Shown here: positions 10,071-19,578 of the stretch, piece by piece
How the letters are laid out: every line of letters begins with the position of its first letter
Numbering within the stretch: position 1 is the first letter of the stretch
DNA from: Candidatus Krumholzibacteriota bacterium
GTDB lineage: Bacteria; Krumholzibacteriota; Krumholzibacteriia; JAJRXK01
Direction: 5' to 3'
Assembly: GCA_963727455.1 (NCBI GenBank)
Contig: CAVSGG010000017.1
Span: forward strand, 1 to 64,000
DNA length: 64,000 nucleotides
Notes under the pieces: model-generated
The model's database searches: none
What the model saw: the letters and a program-made list of their open reading frames with translations, nothing else
What the model was told of the DNA's origin: nothing
Position numbers and translations under genes: made by a program

Positions 10071-10197
10071 GCTACAGGTTCCATCTCTCGCTTAGCGAGA
10101 CCATAATCCACTTCCCGTCCTGAACTTGCGGATCTTCTAGAATGGCCGCTAGATGGAGGTACTGTACTCTCGTGTATTCCCCCTGAAAGGAGGATTC

Positions 10198-10797
10198 GTG
10201 TCGGCACAGCTCGACGATCAGGCTCTGGACATCATTTTGCGTAAGGCTCGCACACATCGGAAGTGGGTCGACCAGCCGGTGAGCGATGAACTTCTCGGAC
10301 AACTCTATGAGCTGGCAAAGTGGGGACCGACCTCCTCCAACATCTGCCCGATGCGCTTGGTATTCGTGAAGTCGAAGGAAGCCAAAGAGCGTCTGAAGCC
10401 GAGCTTGTCCGCGGGGAATGTCGAGCAGACGATGGCGGCACCAGTGTGCGCGATCGTGGCTTGGGACAGTCGTTTCTTCGAGCTCATGCCGAAGCTCTCT
10501 CCGCACAATCCTAAAATCGGAGAGCACTTTGCCAAGCCTGAGAATGCGGAGTCTACCCGGGTACACGCCTTTCGCAATTCTTCCTTGCAAGGGGCCTACC
10601 TCATCCTCGCTGCCCGGGCCCTCGGGCTCGACGCTGGTCCCATGTCGGGTTTCGATAACGAAAAGCTCGATGAAGAGTTCTTCCCCGATGGCCGCTACAA
10701 GTCGAATTTTCTGCTGAACCTCGGCTACGGCGATGCATCCAAGCTCTATCCGCGCGCACCACGACCCGAGTTCGACGCGGCCTGCAAGATTCTCTGA
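10198..10797 (+). CDS. rutE: Nitroreductase, malonic semialdehyde reductase (RutE-like) family
   Basis: 'ARTH', 'WGPTSSNICPMRLVF', 'RNSSLQGAYLILAARALGLDAGPMSGFD'. RBS AGGAGG. No other rut genes nearby. Confidence 0.85.
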   Translation: MSAQLDDQALDIILRKARTHRKWVDQPVSDELLGQLYELAKWGPTSSNICPMRLVFVKSKEAKERLKPSLSAGNVEQTMAAPVCAIVAWDSRFFELMPKLSPHNPKIGEHFAKPENAESTRVHAFRNSSLQGAYLILAARALGLDAGPMSGFDNEKLDEEFFPDGRYKSNFLLNLGYGDASKLYPRAPRPEFDAACKIL

Positions 10798-10823
10798 CGA
10801 GGAACTGCAATGAAGGAGGAGAT

Positions 10824-11366
10824 ATGCGCAGAGTCCTGGATTCGATCGAGGCCGAGTATCGCCGCCACAAGCTCCTTGCCGAAGGGGCGATCGGACAGCT
10901 CTCGGAGACGGAATTGTGCCATCGCAGCAGTGTCACCGGCAATTCGGTCGCAACGATCGTATGGCACATCGCAGGCAACCTCGAATCACGCTTTAGCGAT
11001 TTCTTGACTACCGACGGAGAGAAACCGTGGAGGCATCGTGACACCGAGTTCGACCGGCGGGAAGTGTCGCGTGAAACACTCCAGGAGAAGTGGGAAACAG
11101 GATGGACGGTTCTGTTCGAGTCTCTCGGCGCACTGGATGATGGCAATCTCGACCAAGTCGTGACGATTCGCGGGGTGGAGCATACGGTTCTCGCGGCGCT
11201 CCATCGCTCGCTGGCTCACGCAAGCTACCACGTCGGGCAGCTCGTCTTTCTCGCAAAGGAGATCCGTGGCAAGCATTGGCGCTACTTGAGCATTCCACCG
11301 GGCGGGACCGAGGCCTACAACAAGAATCCCATCCGGGAGAAGCCACGGGGCAAGCTCGAGAGCTAG
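10824..11366 (+). CDS. DUF1572 / DinB superfamily protein
   Basis: 'NSVATIVWHIAGNLESRFSDFLTTDGEKPWRHRDTEF' and 'HASYHVGQ'. Confidence 0.88.
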   Translation: MRRVLDSIEAEYRRHKLLAEGAIGQLSETELCHRSSVTGNSVATIVWHIAGNLESRFSDFLTTDGEKPWRHRDTEFDRREVSRETLQEKWETGWTVLFESLGALDDGNLDQVVTIRGVEHTVLAALHRSLAHASYHVGQLVFLAKEIRGKHWRYLSIPPGGTEAYNKNPIREKPRGKLES

Positions 11367-11464
11367 AACTGCGTAGCCTTTCTGGATTGGGTCGAGGAGG
11401 TTTGACTCAAGCGGAATGGAGGCGCCAGGTAGCAAGAAGTTTCTCAGCACGAACCCTCTCCCAG

Positions 11465-12171
11465 GTGCGCGACCCGGGCAGGGGGCTGTCGTCGATACTT
11501 GCGGCTCTGGCCCTGATGCTGCTCCTCGCGAGTTGCTCAGAGAACGAGAGTCCACTGGCGCCTCCCATCGACCAGTGGGAGTCGGTAAGCCCGGCGGATG
11601 CCGGCTGGTCCAGCTCGGGTTTGGAGCTTATGTCGTCCTACGCCGATTCCATTGGGTGTTCCGCCATCGTGATGTTGTACGATGGCCGAGTGATGTATGC
11701 GTGGGGCGATACTGGCACCGCGTTCTGGGTCCATTCGTCTCGGAAGGCTCTCCTGAATTCCTTGTACGGAATCTTCGTGGACACCGGCATGATCGATCTT
11801 CAGAGCACACTGGGGGAATTGGGAGTCGACGACATTCCTCCCAGCCTGAGCGATACCGAAAAGACCGCCACGGTGCAGGAGCTCCTGCAGTCGCGCTCGG
11901 GCGTGTATCACGAGGCAGCCACCTTCCGGGGACCTACTTTTACTACACCAACTTCGATTTCAACGTCTTGGGCACGATCTTCGAACAGCAGGTCGGGCAT
12001 GGCATCTTCGAGGAGTTCCAAGAGCGCATCGCCAAACCCCTGGGCATGGAGGACTACCTTCCTGGCCGCTGCTTCTACCAGTACGAACTGGACAAGTCGA
12101 TGCACCCGGCCTACCACATGCGGATGAGCGCCCGTGATCTGGCGCGTTACGGGCAACTCTACATTGATTGA
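11465..12171 (+). pseudogene. Frameshifted, truncated beta-lactamase-family serine hydrolase lipoprotein
   Basis: One frame carries lipobox LASC, SxxK ('SSRK') and 'LLQSRSGVYHEAA'. A second frame carries 'RGSHLPGTYFYYTN' (YxN) to 'MSARDLARYGQLY', then stops early. Frames switch at 11911-11920. Start is approximate. Confidence 0.8.
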
Positions 12172-12370
12172 GGTGGAGGGCTCGCACTCACCCCCGGGAT
12201 CCGCAATCGACAACTGGTGCGAATTCTCTGATTTATTTTCAGGTTCATTTGGATAGCTCTGTACGATTTCCCAGGCCATCATTGTGGGTTGGACGAAGTT
12301 TCCTTAGGCTGCCCGTACCCCCCTTGACGCGGTCCCCCCTCCCACGCCAGCCACTGAAAGGAGTGCTTCC

Positions 12371-13117
12371 ATGAGCCGGGCTCTGTCCTTCCTTTACGGA
12401 CTACTTTGTTATTGCGTGTTTCTTCTGTCCTTTCTTTACGCAGTCGCATTTGTGGGGAACTTCCTGGTGCCCCGTACGATCGATGCGGGACCCCGGGCCA
12501 GTCTCCCTGGAGCTCTGCTCGTCGATCTCCTCTTGTTGGGGCTCTTCGCAGTGCAGCACACCGTCATGGCGAGACCGGGCTTCAAGCGAGTTTGGACCAA
12601 GATGGTCCCGGTCCACATCGAACGCAGCACTTACGTACTCGCCGCAAGCCTTCTACTCTTTCTTCTCTATTGGCAGTGGCGCCCGCTGCCAACGGTGATC
12701 TGGAACGTGAACTCGGGCGCTGCCAGCACTCTGCTCTGGGCCCTTTATGGACTGGGATGGTTCCTCGTGCTGATCTCCACCTTCATGGTGGATCACTTCG
12801 ACCTCTTTGGGCTCCGGCAGATTTGGAAGCATCTTCGCTCCGAGGAATACCACCACGTCAAATTCAAGACGACCGCCCTATACCGCCACCTGCGACATCC
12901 CATCATGCTCGGTTTCATCATCGCATTTTGGGCAACGCCGCACATGACCGGAGGGCATCTGCTCTTCGCGATCGCGACCACGCTGTACATTCTGGTGGGA
13001 ATCCAATTCGAGGAACGCGATCTGATGCGCTTTCTTGGCAACGAATACAAGAGTTACCGGCAGCGCGTCCCCATGTTCGTGCCCTTCCTGAAGCGGGGAG
13101 GCTCAGGCGAGGACTGA
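12371..13117 (+). CDS. mddA: Methanethiol S-methyltransferase (ICMT-like membrane methyltransferase)
   Basis: 'FAVQHTVMARPGFK', 'IERSTYVL', 'LLYWQWRP', 'DHFDLFGLRQ', 'RHPIMLGF', 'FEERDL', 'YRQRVPM'. Confidence 0.85.
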   Translation: MSRALSFLYGLLCYCVFLLSFLYAVAFVGNFLVPRTIDAGPRASLPGALLVDLLLLGLFAVQHTVMARPGFKRVWTKMVPVHIERSTYVLAASLLLFLLYWQWRPLPTVIWNVNSGAASTLLWALYGLGWFLVLISTFMVDHFDLFGLRQIWKHLRSEEYHHVKFKTTALYRHLRHPIMLGFIIAFWATPHMTGGHLLFAIATTLYILVGIQFEERDLMRFLGNEYKSYRQRVPMFVPFLKRGGSGED

Positions 13118-13229
13118 GGCTGAGGACAGTTCGCAAAATCCCAACATTCTTTTCCGTACTGCTGCTTCCCTAGATGGCGGCGAGGCACTAAGCTCCATCG
13201 AGGAACCCAGGCGAAAATCGGAGGATCCC

Positions 13230-13625
13230 ATGAAACGCGTGGTTGGTATCGGGGGTGTCTTCATCAAGTCCAAGAATCCCGAAGCACTGAAGTCCTGGTA
13301 CAGGACACATTTGGGAATGGACATTCAGGAATGGGGTGGTGTGACGTTTCACTGGAGAACGCCGGAGAATCCCGATCAAGATGGGGCAACAGTGTGGAGT
13401 GTCTTCGACGAATCCTCCACCTACTTCGATCCCAGTGAGGCATCGTTCATGATCAACTATCGGGTGGAGAATCTCCATGCGGTCTTGAAAGCCTTGAGAG
13501 CGGAAGGCTGTGAGGTTGACGAGAAGACAGAGGAATCGGAATTCGGGAAGTTCGGTTGGGTGATGGATCCCGACGGGAATCGGGTAGAGTTGTGGGAGCC
13601 GCCAAGGGGATCGACCAAGGAATGA
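13230..13625 (+). CDS. VOC (glyoxalase/bleomycin resistance) family protein
   Basis: 'RVVGIGGVFIK', 'FMINYRV', 'GKFGWVMDPDGNRVELWEP'. Confidence 0.9.
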   Translation: MKRVVGIGGVFIKSKNPEALKSWYRTHLGMDIQEWGGVTFHWRTPENPDQDGATVWSVFDESSTYFDPSEASFMINYRVENLHAVLKALRAEGCEVDEKTEESEFGKFGWVMDPDGNRVELWEPPRGSTKE

Positions 13626-13662
13626 ACGGTTACCTGCGATGTCATCGCGTCAGGACGAAGCG

Positions 13663-15192
13663 ATGAAGCTCCGCGAGGTGCTGCGGACCGGTCGCGAAAC
13701 CGCAATTCTTGCGCTGCTGATCACCCTGCTTTGCATCCTAACTGCCAAGGGCTACGGGATCTTCCGCGATGAGCTTTACTACCTGGCGTGCTCCAAACAC
13801 CTCGCCTTCGGATACGTCGATCAACCGCCACTGGTGGCGCTGGGGGCCTGGTTCCTCCGTCATACTCTGGGCACCTCTCTCCACGCTCTGAGGCTCCTGC
13901 CGGCGATTGCCGCCGGGATCACGGTATTCCTCAGCGGCACCATTGCGCGTCACCTCGGTGGCAGTCGCTTCGCGCAGTTCCTTGCCGCGCTCTCGGTGGC
14001 GTTGGCGCCGGAGTTTCTGGGCGTGGTATCGATCTACTCCATGAACGCCTTGGATTTGGTGGTGTGGACGGCACTCTGTTTGATCGTGGTGCTGATTCTA
14101 AAGAATGGCGATCCGAGGCTTTGGCTCGTGTTCGGGCTCGTAGCGGGCATCGGACTCGAAAACAAGCTGAGTGTCCTTTTTCTGGGTTTCGGCATCGCGG
14201 TGGGCCTGGTGGCGGCCCGGGAATGGAAGCAGATCCGAGATCGCCACCTCTGGTTGGGACTGGTGATCGCAAGTCTTCTCTTCTTGCCCCACATCCTCTG
14301 GCAAGTGGCACACGGTTGGCCGACTCTCGAGTTCATCAAGAGCGCCACCGAGACCAAGAACGTGGCTCTGTCGCCGATCGAGTTTTTTGTGCGGCAAGCG
14401 ATGATCATGAATCCCATTGCTTTGCCGCTTTGGTTCGGAGGCCTGCTGTATCTGCTCTTTGCCAAGTCCGCTAAATCCTTCCGAGCCCTGGGCATCGCTT
14501 ACCTCGCGATATTCGTCGTGATGGTGTTGCGTCATGCCAAGCCGTACTATCTCACTCCCATCTATCCAGTTTTCCTGGCGACGGGGGCCGTCGTGCTGGA
14601 GAGGGCGGCGAAAGGGCGGCACTTTGGATGGTTGCGTCCGGCCAGCCTCGTCCTGATCGTGCTTTCGGGGATTGCACTCGCGCCGCTTGCCAAGCCTCTC
14701 CTACAAGAAGATACCTACGTCCGCTACGCGGCTGCCCTGGGCGTAGCTCCTGGATCGGATGAGAAGCACGAGCTTGGCCGACTCCCACAGTTCTTCGCCG
14801 ACATGCACGGTTGGCGCGAGCTGGCGGCATCGGTGAGCGAAGTCTTTGAAGCTCTGCCCGAGACCGACAAGCAACACGCCTACGTCTATGCCTCGAACTA
14901 CGGGGAAGCTGGTGCCATCGACTTCTTCCGGTCCAGCTTCGCTCTGCCGCCGGTGATCTGCGACCACAACAACTACTGGTTGTGGGGCCCGGGGAATTGG
15001 GATGGCCAGGTCCTCATCGTCCTCGGCGAAGAGCGCTCGGATCTGGAAAGTCTCTTCGCTACTGTGGAAGAAGCCGGGCAGTTTCATTGTCAGGACTGCC
15101 AGCCGAGTGAGAATGATCAGACTCTTTGGGTAGCCCGTGACATGAAGATCTCCCCCGCGGGCCTGTGGCCGCGCCTCAAGCACTACGACTAG
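13663..15192 (+). CDS. Glycosyltransferase family 39 / ArnT-like (GT-C) membrane protein
   Basis: 'FRDELYYLAC', 'GYVDQPPL', many TM segments, 'NYGEAGAI'. Start is 13639 or 13663. Confidence 0.88.
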   Translation: MKLREVLRTGRETAILALLITLLCILTAKGYGIFRDELYYLACSKHLAFGYVDQPPLVALGAWFLRHTLGTSLHALRLLPAIAAGITVFLSGTIARHLGGSRFAQFLAALSVALAPEFLGVVSIYSMNALDLVVWTALCLIVVLILKNGDPRLWLVFGLVAGIGLENKLSVLFLGFGIAVGLVAAREWKQIRDRHLWLGLVIASLLFLPHILWQVAHGWPTLEFIKSATETKNVALSPIEFFVRQAMIMNPIALPLWFGGLLYLLFAKSAKSFRALGIAYLAIFVVMVLRHAKPYYLTPIYPVFLATGAVVLERAAKGRHFGWLRPASLVLIVLSGIALAPLAKPLLQEDTYVRYAAALGVAPGSDEKHELGRLPQFFADMHGWRELAASVSEVFEALPETDKQHAYVYASNYGEAGAIDFFRSSFALPPVICDHNNYWLWGPGNWDGQVLIVLGEERSDLESLFATVEEAGQFHCQDCQPSENDQTLWVARDMKISPAGLWPRLKHYD

Positions 15193-15202
15193 GAAGGAAG
15201 CG

Positions 15203-15733
15203 ATGACTCTCGATCGTCAGCCAACTCTTCGGGGGGATCTTCTCGAGCTGCGGCCCTTGAAAGCGGACGATTTCCAAGGCCTGTTCGCCGTGGCCTCCGA
15301 CCCGCTCCTCTGGGAGCAGCATCCCGAGAGCAATCGCTACCAAGAAAAGGTCTTCCGGCGCTTTTTTGCGGATGCGCTAGAATCCGGCGGGGCGCTCGTG
15401 GCCTTGGCACGATCGAGTGGTGCGATCATCGGTTCCTCGCGCTATCACGGCTACGATCCCCAGCGGAGTGTCGTGGAAATCGGCTGGACCTTCCTGGGAC
15501 GTGACTACTGGGGCGGCCGCTACAATGGCGAGATGAAACGGCTCATGCTGCAGCACGCCTTTCAGTTCGTGCAGCGGGTCATTTTCCGTATCGGTCCCGA
15601 GAATTTCCGGTCCCAGAAAGCGGTGGAGAAAATCGGCGGCGTCTTCACCAAGAAGACCACCGACTCTCAGGGGGAGGAGATCTGGGTGTACGAACTCACG
15701 GCCGAGAAGTTTTCAGCTTCGAAGAAGGGCTAG
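15203..15733 (+). CDS. GNAT N-acetyltransferase, RimJ/RimL type
   Basis: 'VEIGWTFL', 'YWGGRYNGEMKRLML', 'NFRSQKAVEKIG'. Confidence 0.9.
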   Translation: MTLDRQPTLRGDLLELRPLKADDFQGLFAVASDPLLWEQHPESNRYQEKVFRRFFADALESGGALVALARSSGAIIGSSRYHGYDPQRSVVEIGWTFLGRDYWGGRYNGEMKRLMLQHAFQFVQRVIFRIGPENFRSQKAVEKIGGVFTKKTTDSQGEEIWVYELTAEKFSASKKG

Positions 15734-16389
15734 TACGCCGCCTTCAACGCGCCCCAGCTTCGGTCTTGGATCGCGACGACTTCGCTACAAGTCTCAGGTG
15801 GTGTGTAGGGATCGAAGAGGATGATAATACAGCCATCTGGGACGTAAGCACCGTAGGCGAGGTTCGAGTGGACACCGAACGTCATCGGAACGGGATTGTC
15901 CACGCACTCGAGGTACTGCGGAGCAGTACTCTGCGAAGCAACAGAGAGTGCGATGCAGAATAGGACGTCCTCATTGGGAACGGCGCTCCAGGAAAAAACG
16001 TGCTTTGCCAGGCGAATATGCCCCGGATCCGGGCCCGCCTCGGGATCTCCCCGGTGGAAGCACACCCCCGTTCCTACCCGTACATCACCGTTGATTCCAG
16101 AATTCACGGCGGTGGAAGGATAGAAGACGGGCGTTTCGGCGATGATCGCCGCATCGCTCGAGCCAAGCCAGTAGTCGTACCCAAACAGCTCAGGGAGGTC
16201 CCAAGCGCCGACGTACACCTCTGTCGAAAGCAGACCCCCGAGATCAGGGTTCGGGACAAGTTCCGTAGGACCATCGATGCACGGATTCGTGCCGAGTTCA
16301 TCGAAGGACAGGCCGATATTCTGTGAGGACGCCATGGAGGCCACAGCAAGAATGGTCAGCGTTGCCACGGCCATGGTCAGTGTCTTCAT
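15730..16389 (-). CDS. Secreted Cys-rich hypothetical protein, paralog 1 (C-terminal SWGALKAAY)
   Basis: RBS AAGGAGG and signal peptide. Shares 'DVRxxTGxCF...EAGPDPxxIRLAKH' with the two neighbouring paralogs. Confidence 0.85.
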   Translation of the reverse strand: MKTLTMAVATLTILAVASMASSQNIGLSFDELGTNPCIDGPTELVPNPDLGGLLSTEVYVGAWDLPELFGYDYWLGSSDAAIIAETPVFYPSTAVNSGINGDVRVGTGVCFHRGDPEAGPDPGHIRLAKHVFSWSAVPNEDVLFCIALSVASQSTAPQYLECVDNPVPMTFGVHSNLAYGAYVPDGCIIILFDPYTPPETCSEVVAIQDRSWGALKAAY

Positions 16390-16435
16390 GATCGGCTCCT
16401 CCTTGTGAATTACGGAATCCAGGCGATGTTCTTAT

Positions 16436-17110
16436 CTAGTAGGCCGCTTTCAAGGCTCCCCAAGTCGAGGCCTTCGAGGGAACCCTGTGTAGAACTGGGA
16501 CGCAGTTTGCCGGGGTAACTGCGTTCTCCCATTCGAAATACACTTTGATGCAGGCATCGGAGAGGCAGTTGTCGGCGTAGCGATCATAAATCTCGAAGGA
16601 CAGAGATGTGGGAGAGACCTCGCATTCCGTATATTGCGGAACCGAGGCCCCCGATTCGATGGAAGGTCCGATGCAATACAAAACGTCAGTGCTGGGAAGG
16701 GTGAGCCAACTGAACACGTGCTTCGCTAGACGAATCTGATTGGGATCCGGGCCGGCTTCAAGGGCTCCTTGTTGAAAGCAGGCCCCGGTAGCAACCCGGA
16801 CATCACCTGGCGCGCTGCCAGAGTCCACTCCGGTCGAGGGATAGATGACGGGAGTACCCTCCACGGCCGTCATGTCGGTCGAGGAGAGCTTGTACTCATA
16901 TCCGGAAAGCTCTGCGATCTCGAAGGCAATCACATACACCTCCGCCGAAGGCAGGTCTCCGAGAGTTTGGTTGGGGACGAGATCGAGACGGCCGTCGAGA
17001 ACAAAACGCGTCGCGGCCTCATCGAACGCCACACCGATTTTCTGAGCGGAGGATACTGAGGCCAGGAGCAGAGTGCTCAGGATCAGCGAAATAATCGAGA
17101 GCTTCTTCAT
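16436..17110 (-). CDS. Secreted Cys-rich hypothetical protein, paralog 2 (C-terminal TWGALKAAY)
   Basis: ATG at 17110 (MKKLSII) gives a signal peptide ending SSA. Clear similarity to paralogs 1 and 3. Confidence 0.85.
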   Translation of the reverse strand: MKKLSIISLILSTLLLASVSSAQKIGVAFDEAATRFVLDGRLDLVPNQTLGDLPSAEVYVIAFEIAELSGYEYKLSSTDMTAVEGTPVIYPSTGVDSGSAPGDVRVATGACFQQGALEAGPDPNQIRLAKHVFSWLTLPSTDVLYCIGPSIESGASVPQYTECEVSPTSLSFEIYDRYADNCLSDACIKVYFEWENAVTPANCVPVLHRVPSKASTWGALKAAY

Positions 17111-17318
17111 GGCGAAGCCGTCCTTCCAAAGCCATCTAAGATCGATTCTATGCCATTTTCGCCGCTGATGCAAGGGAGCGCCAAGCAGCGCTTGCGACAG
17201 GCGCGTAATTTTGCAACTCTGCAGGTACAAGCGCGGGCCAGCTTTCCTCCTTCAGTGCCTGCACTTGCATCCCCCGATCGCTCGAACGAATTCCAGCTCT
17301 CTCAGGAACCAACAAGCA

Positions 17319-18224
17319 ATGCACGACCGTGAACTGGAACAGTGGCGCCACGATCACACCTTTGCGCAGGACTTGCAGAGGCCAGGAGAGCCACGCACGA
17401 AAATCGTGATTGTCATCACTGCCAGCATGATGGTGATCGAGATTCTAGCCGGCCTGAAGTACGGATCCATGGCGCTCCTCGCCGACGGATTACACATGGC
17501 CTCGCATACAGTGGCACTGAGCATCACTGCATTCGCCTACCTCTATGCGCGGCGCAATGCAGGAAATCCACGCTTCAGTTTCGGAACCGGAAAAGTCAAT
17601 GCGCTGGGCGGTTTCACCGGGGCGGTTCTCTTGGCCGTGTTTGCGCTTTTCATGGCCATCGAGAGCGTGGGACGATTGCTTCACCCTGTGCGGATCGGCT
17701 TCAACCAAGCAATTCTCGTTGCGATCGTGGGATTGGTCATCAACGGGATTTCGGCGATGATCCTGGGTGCGAGGGGCGAATCCCACGATCATCATGGGCA
17801 CGATCACAACTTGAGGTCCGCATATCTTCACGTAATGGCGGATGCACTTACTTCGATCACCGCCATTCTCGCGTTGCTGGGCGCCAAGTACTTCGGCTTT
17901 GTCTGGATGGATCCGGTAATGGGACTCGTGGGATCGCTTCTGGTAGCTCGCTGGTCGTACGGCTTACTGGAAACGACGGGAGCCGTTTTGCTGGATAGGC
18001 AGGCCTCGGCGGAACTGGGCAATACCGTCAAGGCAGCACTGGAGGCGGACGGAGATACCCGGGTTACCGACTTGCATGTGTGGGCAATCGGGCCGGAGAT
18101 TTACTCGGCGCTCATCTCGGTGGTAGCGTACGATCCGGCGTCCCCAGCTGAATACAAGTCGCGGCTTCCCGACACACTGGGACTCGTTCACGTGTCCATC
18201 GAAATTCAGGAGTGCCCGCACTAA
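17319..18224 (+). CDS. dmeF: CDF family Co(II)/Ni(II) efflux transporter, DmeF-like
   Basis: 'WRHDHTF', 'GSMALLADGLHMASH', 'FSFGTGKV', His-rich loop followed by 'DHNLRSAYLHVMADALTS', and 'DLHVW'. Confidence 0.85.
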   Translation: MHDRELEQWRHDHTFAQDLQRPGEPRTKIVIVITASMMVIEILAGLKYGSMALLADGLHMASHTVALSITAFAYLYARRNAGNPRFSFGTGKVNALGGFTGAVLLAVFALFMAIESVGRLLHPVRIGFNQAILVAIVGLVINGISAMILGARGESHDHHGHDHNLRSAYLHVMADALTSITAILALLGAKYFGFVWMDPVMGLVGSLLVARWSYGLLETTGAVLLDRQASAELGNTVKAALEADGDTRVTDLHVWAIGPEIYSALISVVAYDPASPAEYKSRLPDTLGLVHVSIEIQECPH

Positions 18225-18229
18225 GAAGA

Positions 18230-18259
18230 GACGCGGCTCCGAGTTCTCGGGGCCGCGTC
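18230..18259. terminator. Strong hairpin between convergent genes, likely terminator
   Basis: GACGCGGCTCCGAG-tt-CTCGGGGCCGCGTC is a near-perfect inverted repeat. TCTTCTT follows it on the minus strand. Confidence 0.6.
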
Positions 18260-18295
18260 AGCTTCCTCGATGAGGAAGAATCGCTCAGATCTAGC

Positions 18296-18967
18296 TTAGA
18301 AGCTGGACTTCAAAGAACCCCAGCTCTTCTCCTGCGAACCGACAACGTCACGCTGGCAGTTGGTAGGAGTCGTGGCATCGTCCCACTCGAAAACGACAGC
18401 CGCGCAACCGTTAGGGGTGCAGGTGTCCTGGGAGATGTTTGCGACCCCAAAGGGTCCCTTGGTCGCGTCCTGATTGCACATGGCGTACTGCGGAACACTC
18501 GCACCCGAACCGATCGAGGGTCCGATGCAGTAGAGCACGTCCACCGTCGGGAGGGCACCCCAGGTAAAGGTATGCTTCGCCAGGCGGATGTGCGTGGGAT
18601 CGGGTCCCGCCTCGGCATCTCCCTGGTGGAAGCAAACCCCGGTACCGGCACGAACGTCACCGATCGAATGGTTGCCGAAGTCCTGCGCCGTTGAGGGGTA
18701 GACGACCGGAGTGGCGGCGTTGGCCGTAGCGTCCGAGCTGGACACATTGTACTCGTACCCGAAGAGCTCGGAAAGGTCGTACGCGACGACCCACACGTTG
18801 ACCGAGGGGAGGTTGAAAAAGTCAGGATTGGGGATGGTTTCCGAGCGGCCGTCGATGACCGTGGTCGTCCCGGCCTCGTCGAACGTCAAACCGATGTTCT
18901 GGGCAAACGACATGGAAGCCATGGCGAGGATGCCGAGAGTCGTGGCGAGAATCATTAGCTTCTTCAT
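18296..18967 (-). CDS. Secreted Cys-rich hypothetical protein, paralog 3 (C-terminal SWGSLKSSF)
   Basis: ATG 18967 (MKKLMIL) follows AAGGAG. Signal peptide ends SFA. Same core motif as paralogs 1 and 2. Confidence 0.85.
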   Translation of the reverse strand: MKKLMILATTLGILAMASMSFAQNIGLTFDEAGTTTVIDGRSETIPNPDFFNLPSVNVWVVAYDLSELFGYEYNVSSSDATANAATPVVYPSTAQDFGNHSIGDVRAGTGVCFHQGDAEAGPDPTHIRLAKHTFTWGALPTVDVLYCIGPSIGSGASVPQYAMCNQDATKGPFGVANISQDTCTPNGCAAVVFEWDDATTPTNCQRDVVGSQEKSWGSLKSSF

Positions 18968-19260
18968 TATGCCTCTTTCTCCTTCTTGCTTACTGGGAAC
19001 TCCACCTTTCCGGAGCCATACCAGCACGATCTTACGATATCGTCAGGCCCACGGTCAAGCCAGTCGAACTACCTAAGTGCCAGGAAATTGGCGGCCTTAT
19101 AGGCAAAAGACCCCATTGGCGAAGATAAAAGAAAAGCCGGCGTTGTTGGACCTTGCGCCATATGCTGGGCTCCTTCTGGACTTTCACTCCCAAGAGTGGC
19201 TCCCAGAGTCTGCCGAAGCACAGCATTTTCCCCCAAAGGAACAACTCAACGGGTGGACCG

Positions 19261-19578
19261 ATGTCCAGATTCGTCTGTTCCAGAGTACTTTTCGTGCTCG
19301 CGAGCCTCGCTCTCTCGGCTTGCGGAGACGACGACCCCACCTCACCCGCGCCCCAGATCGCCGGCGATGGCCGCATGGCCTATCTCGGCTGCTCCGGGAA
19401 CGCCAGCACCTCCAGCGGGCATGCCAACCATGGCACCTTGCTTGGCGGAGCCTACGGAACGGCGCCGTTAGGCCGATCAGGCGGAGTTGCAGGAAGCGAG
19501 GCGGTTCCGATGCCCCGGGCGGCATTGAAACTTCATGAATGCGAGGTCCGTAGTATGAGATTCGAATCCATGTTCTAG
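19261..19578 (+). pseudogene. Probable truncated lipoprotein with the start of a LamG-like domain
   Basis: Lipobox LSAC followed by GDDDPTSP. 'MAYLGCSGNASTSSGHANHGTLLGG' resembles the LamG opening 'LVAYYPFNGNANDxSGNGNHGT'. The similarity then decays. Confidence 0.45.

Noticed and set aside
103-15733. Long co-oriented run of small unrelated genes (GNAT, VOC, DinB, cupin) resembling an integron cassette array
   Set aside because: No integrase and no repeated attC sites. Several genes are translationally coupled. The only attC-like hairpin (AGTCGAAC 907-914 / GTTCGACT 942-949) is too short and occurs once. IntegronFinder would settle it.
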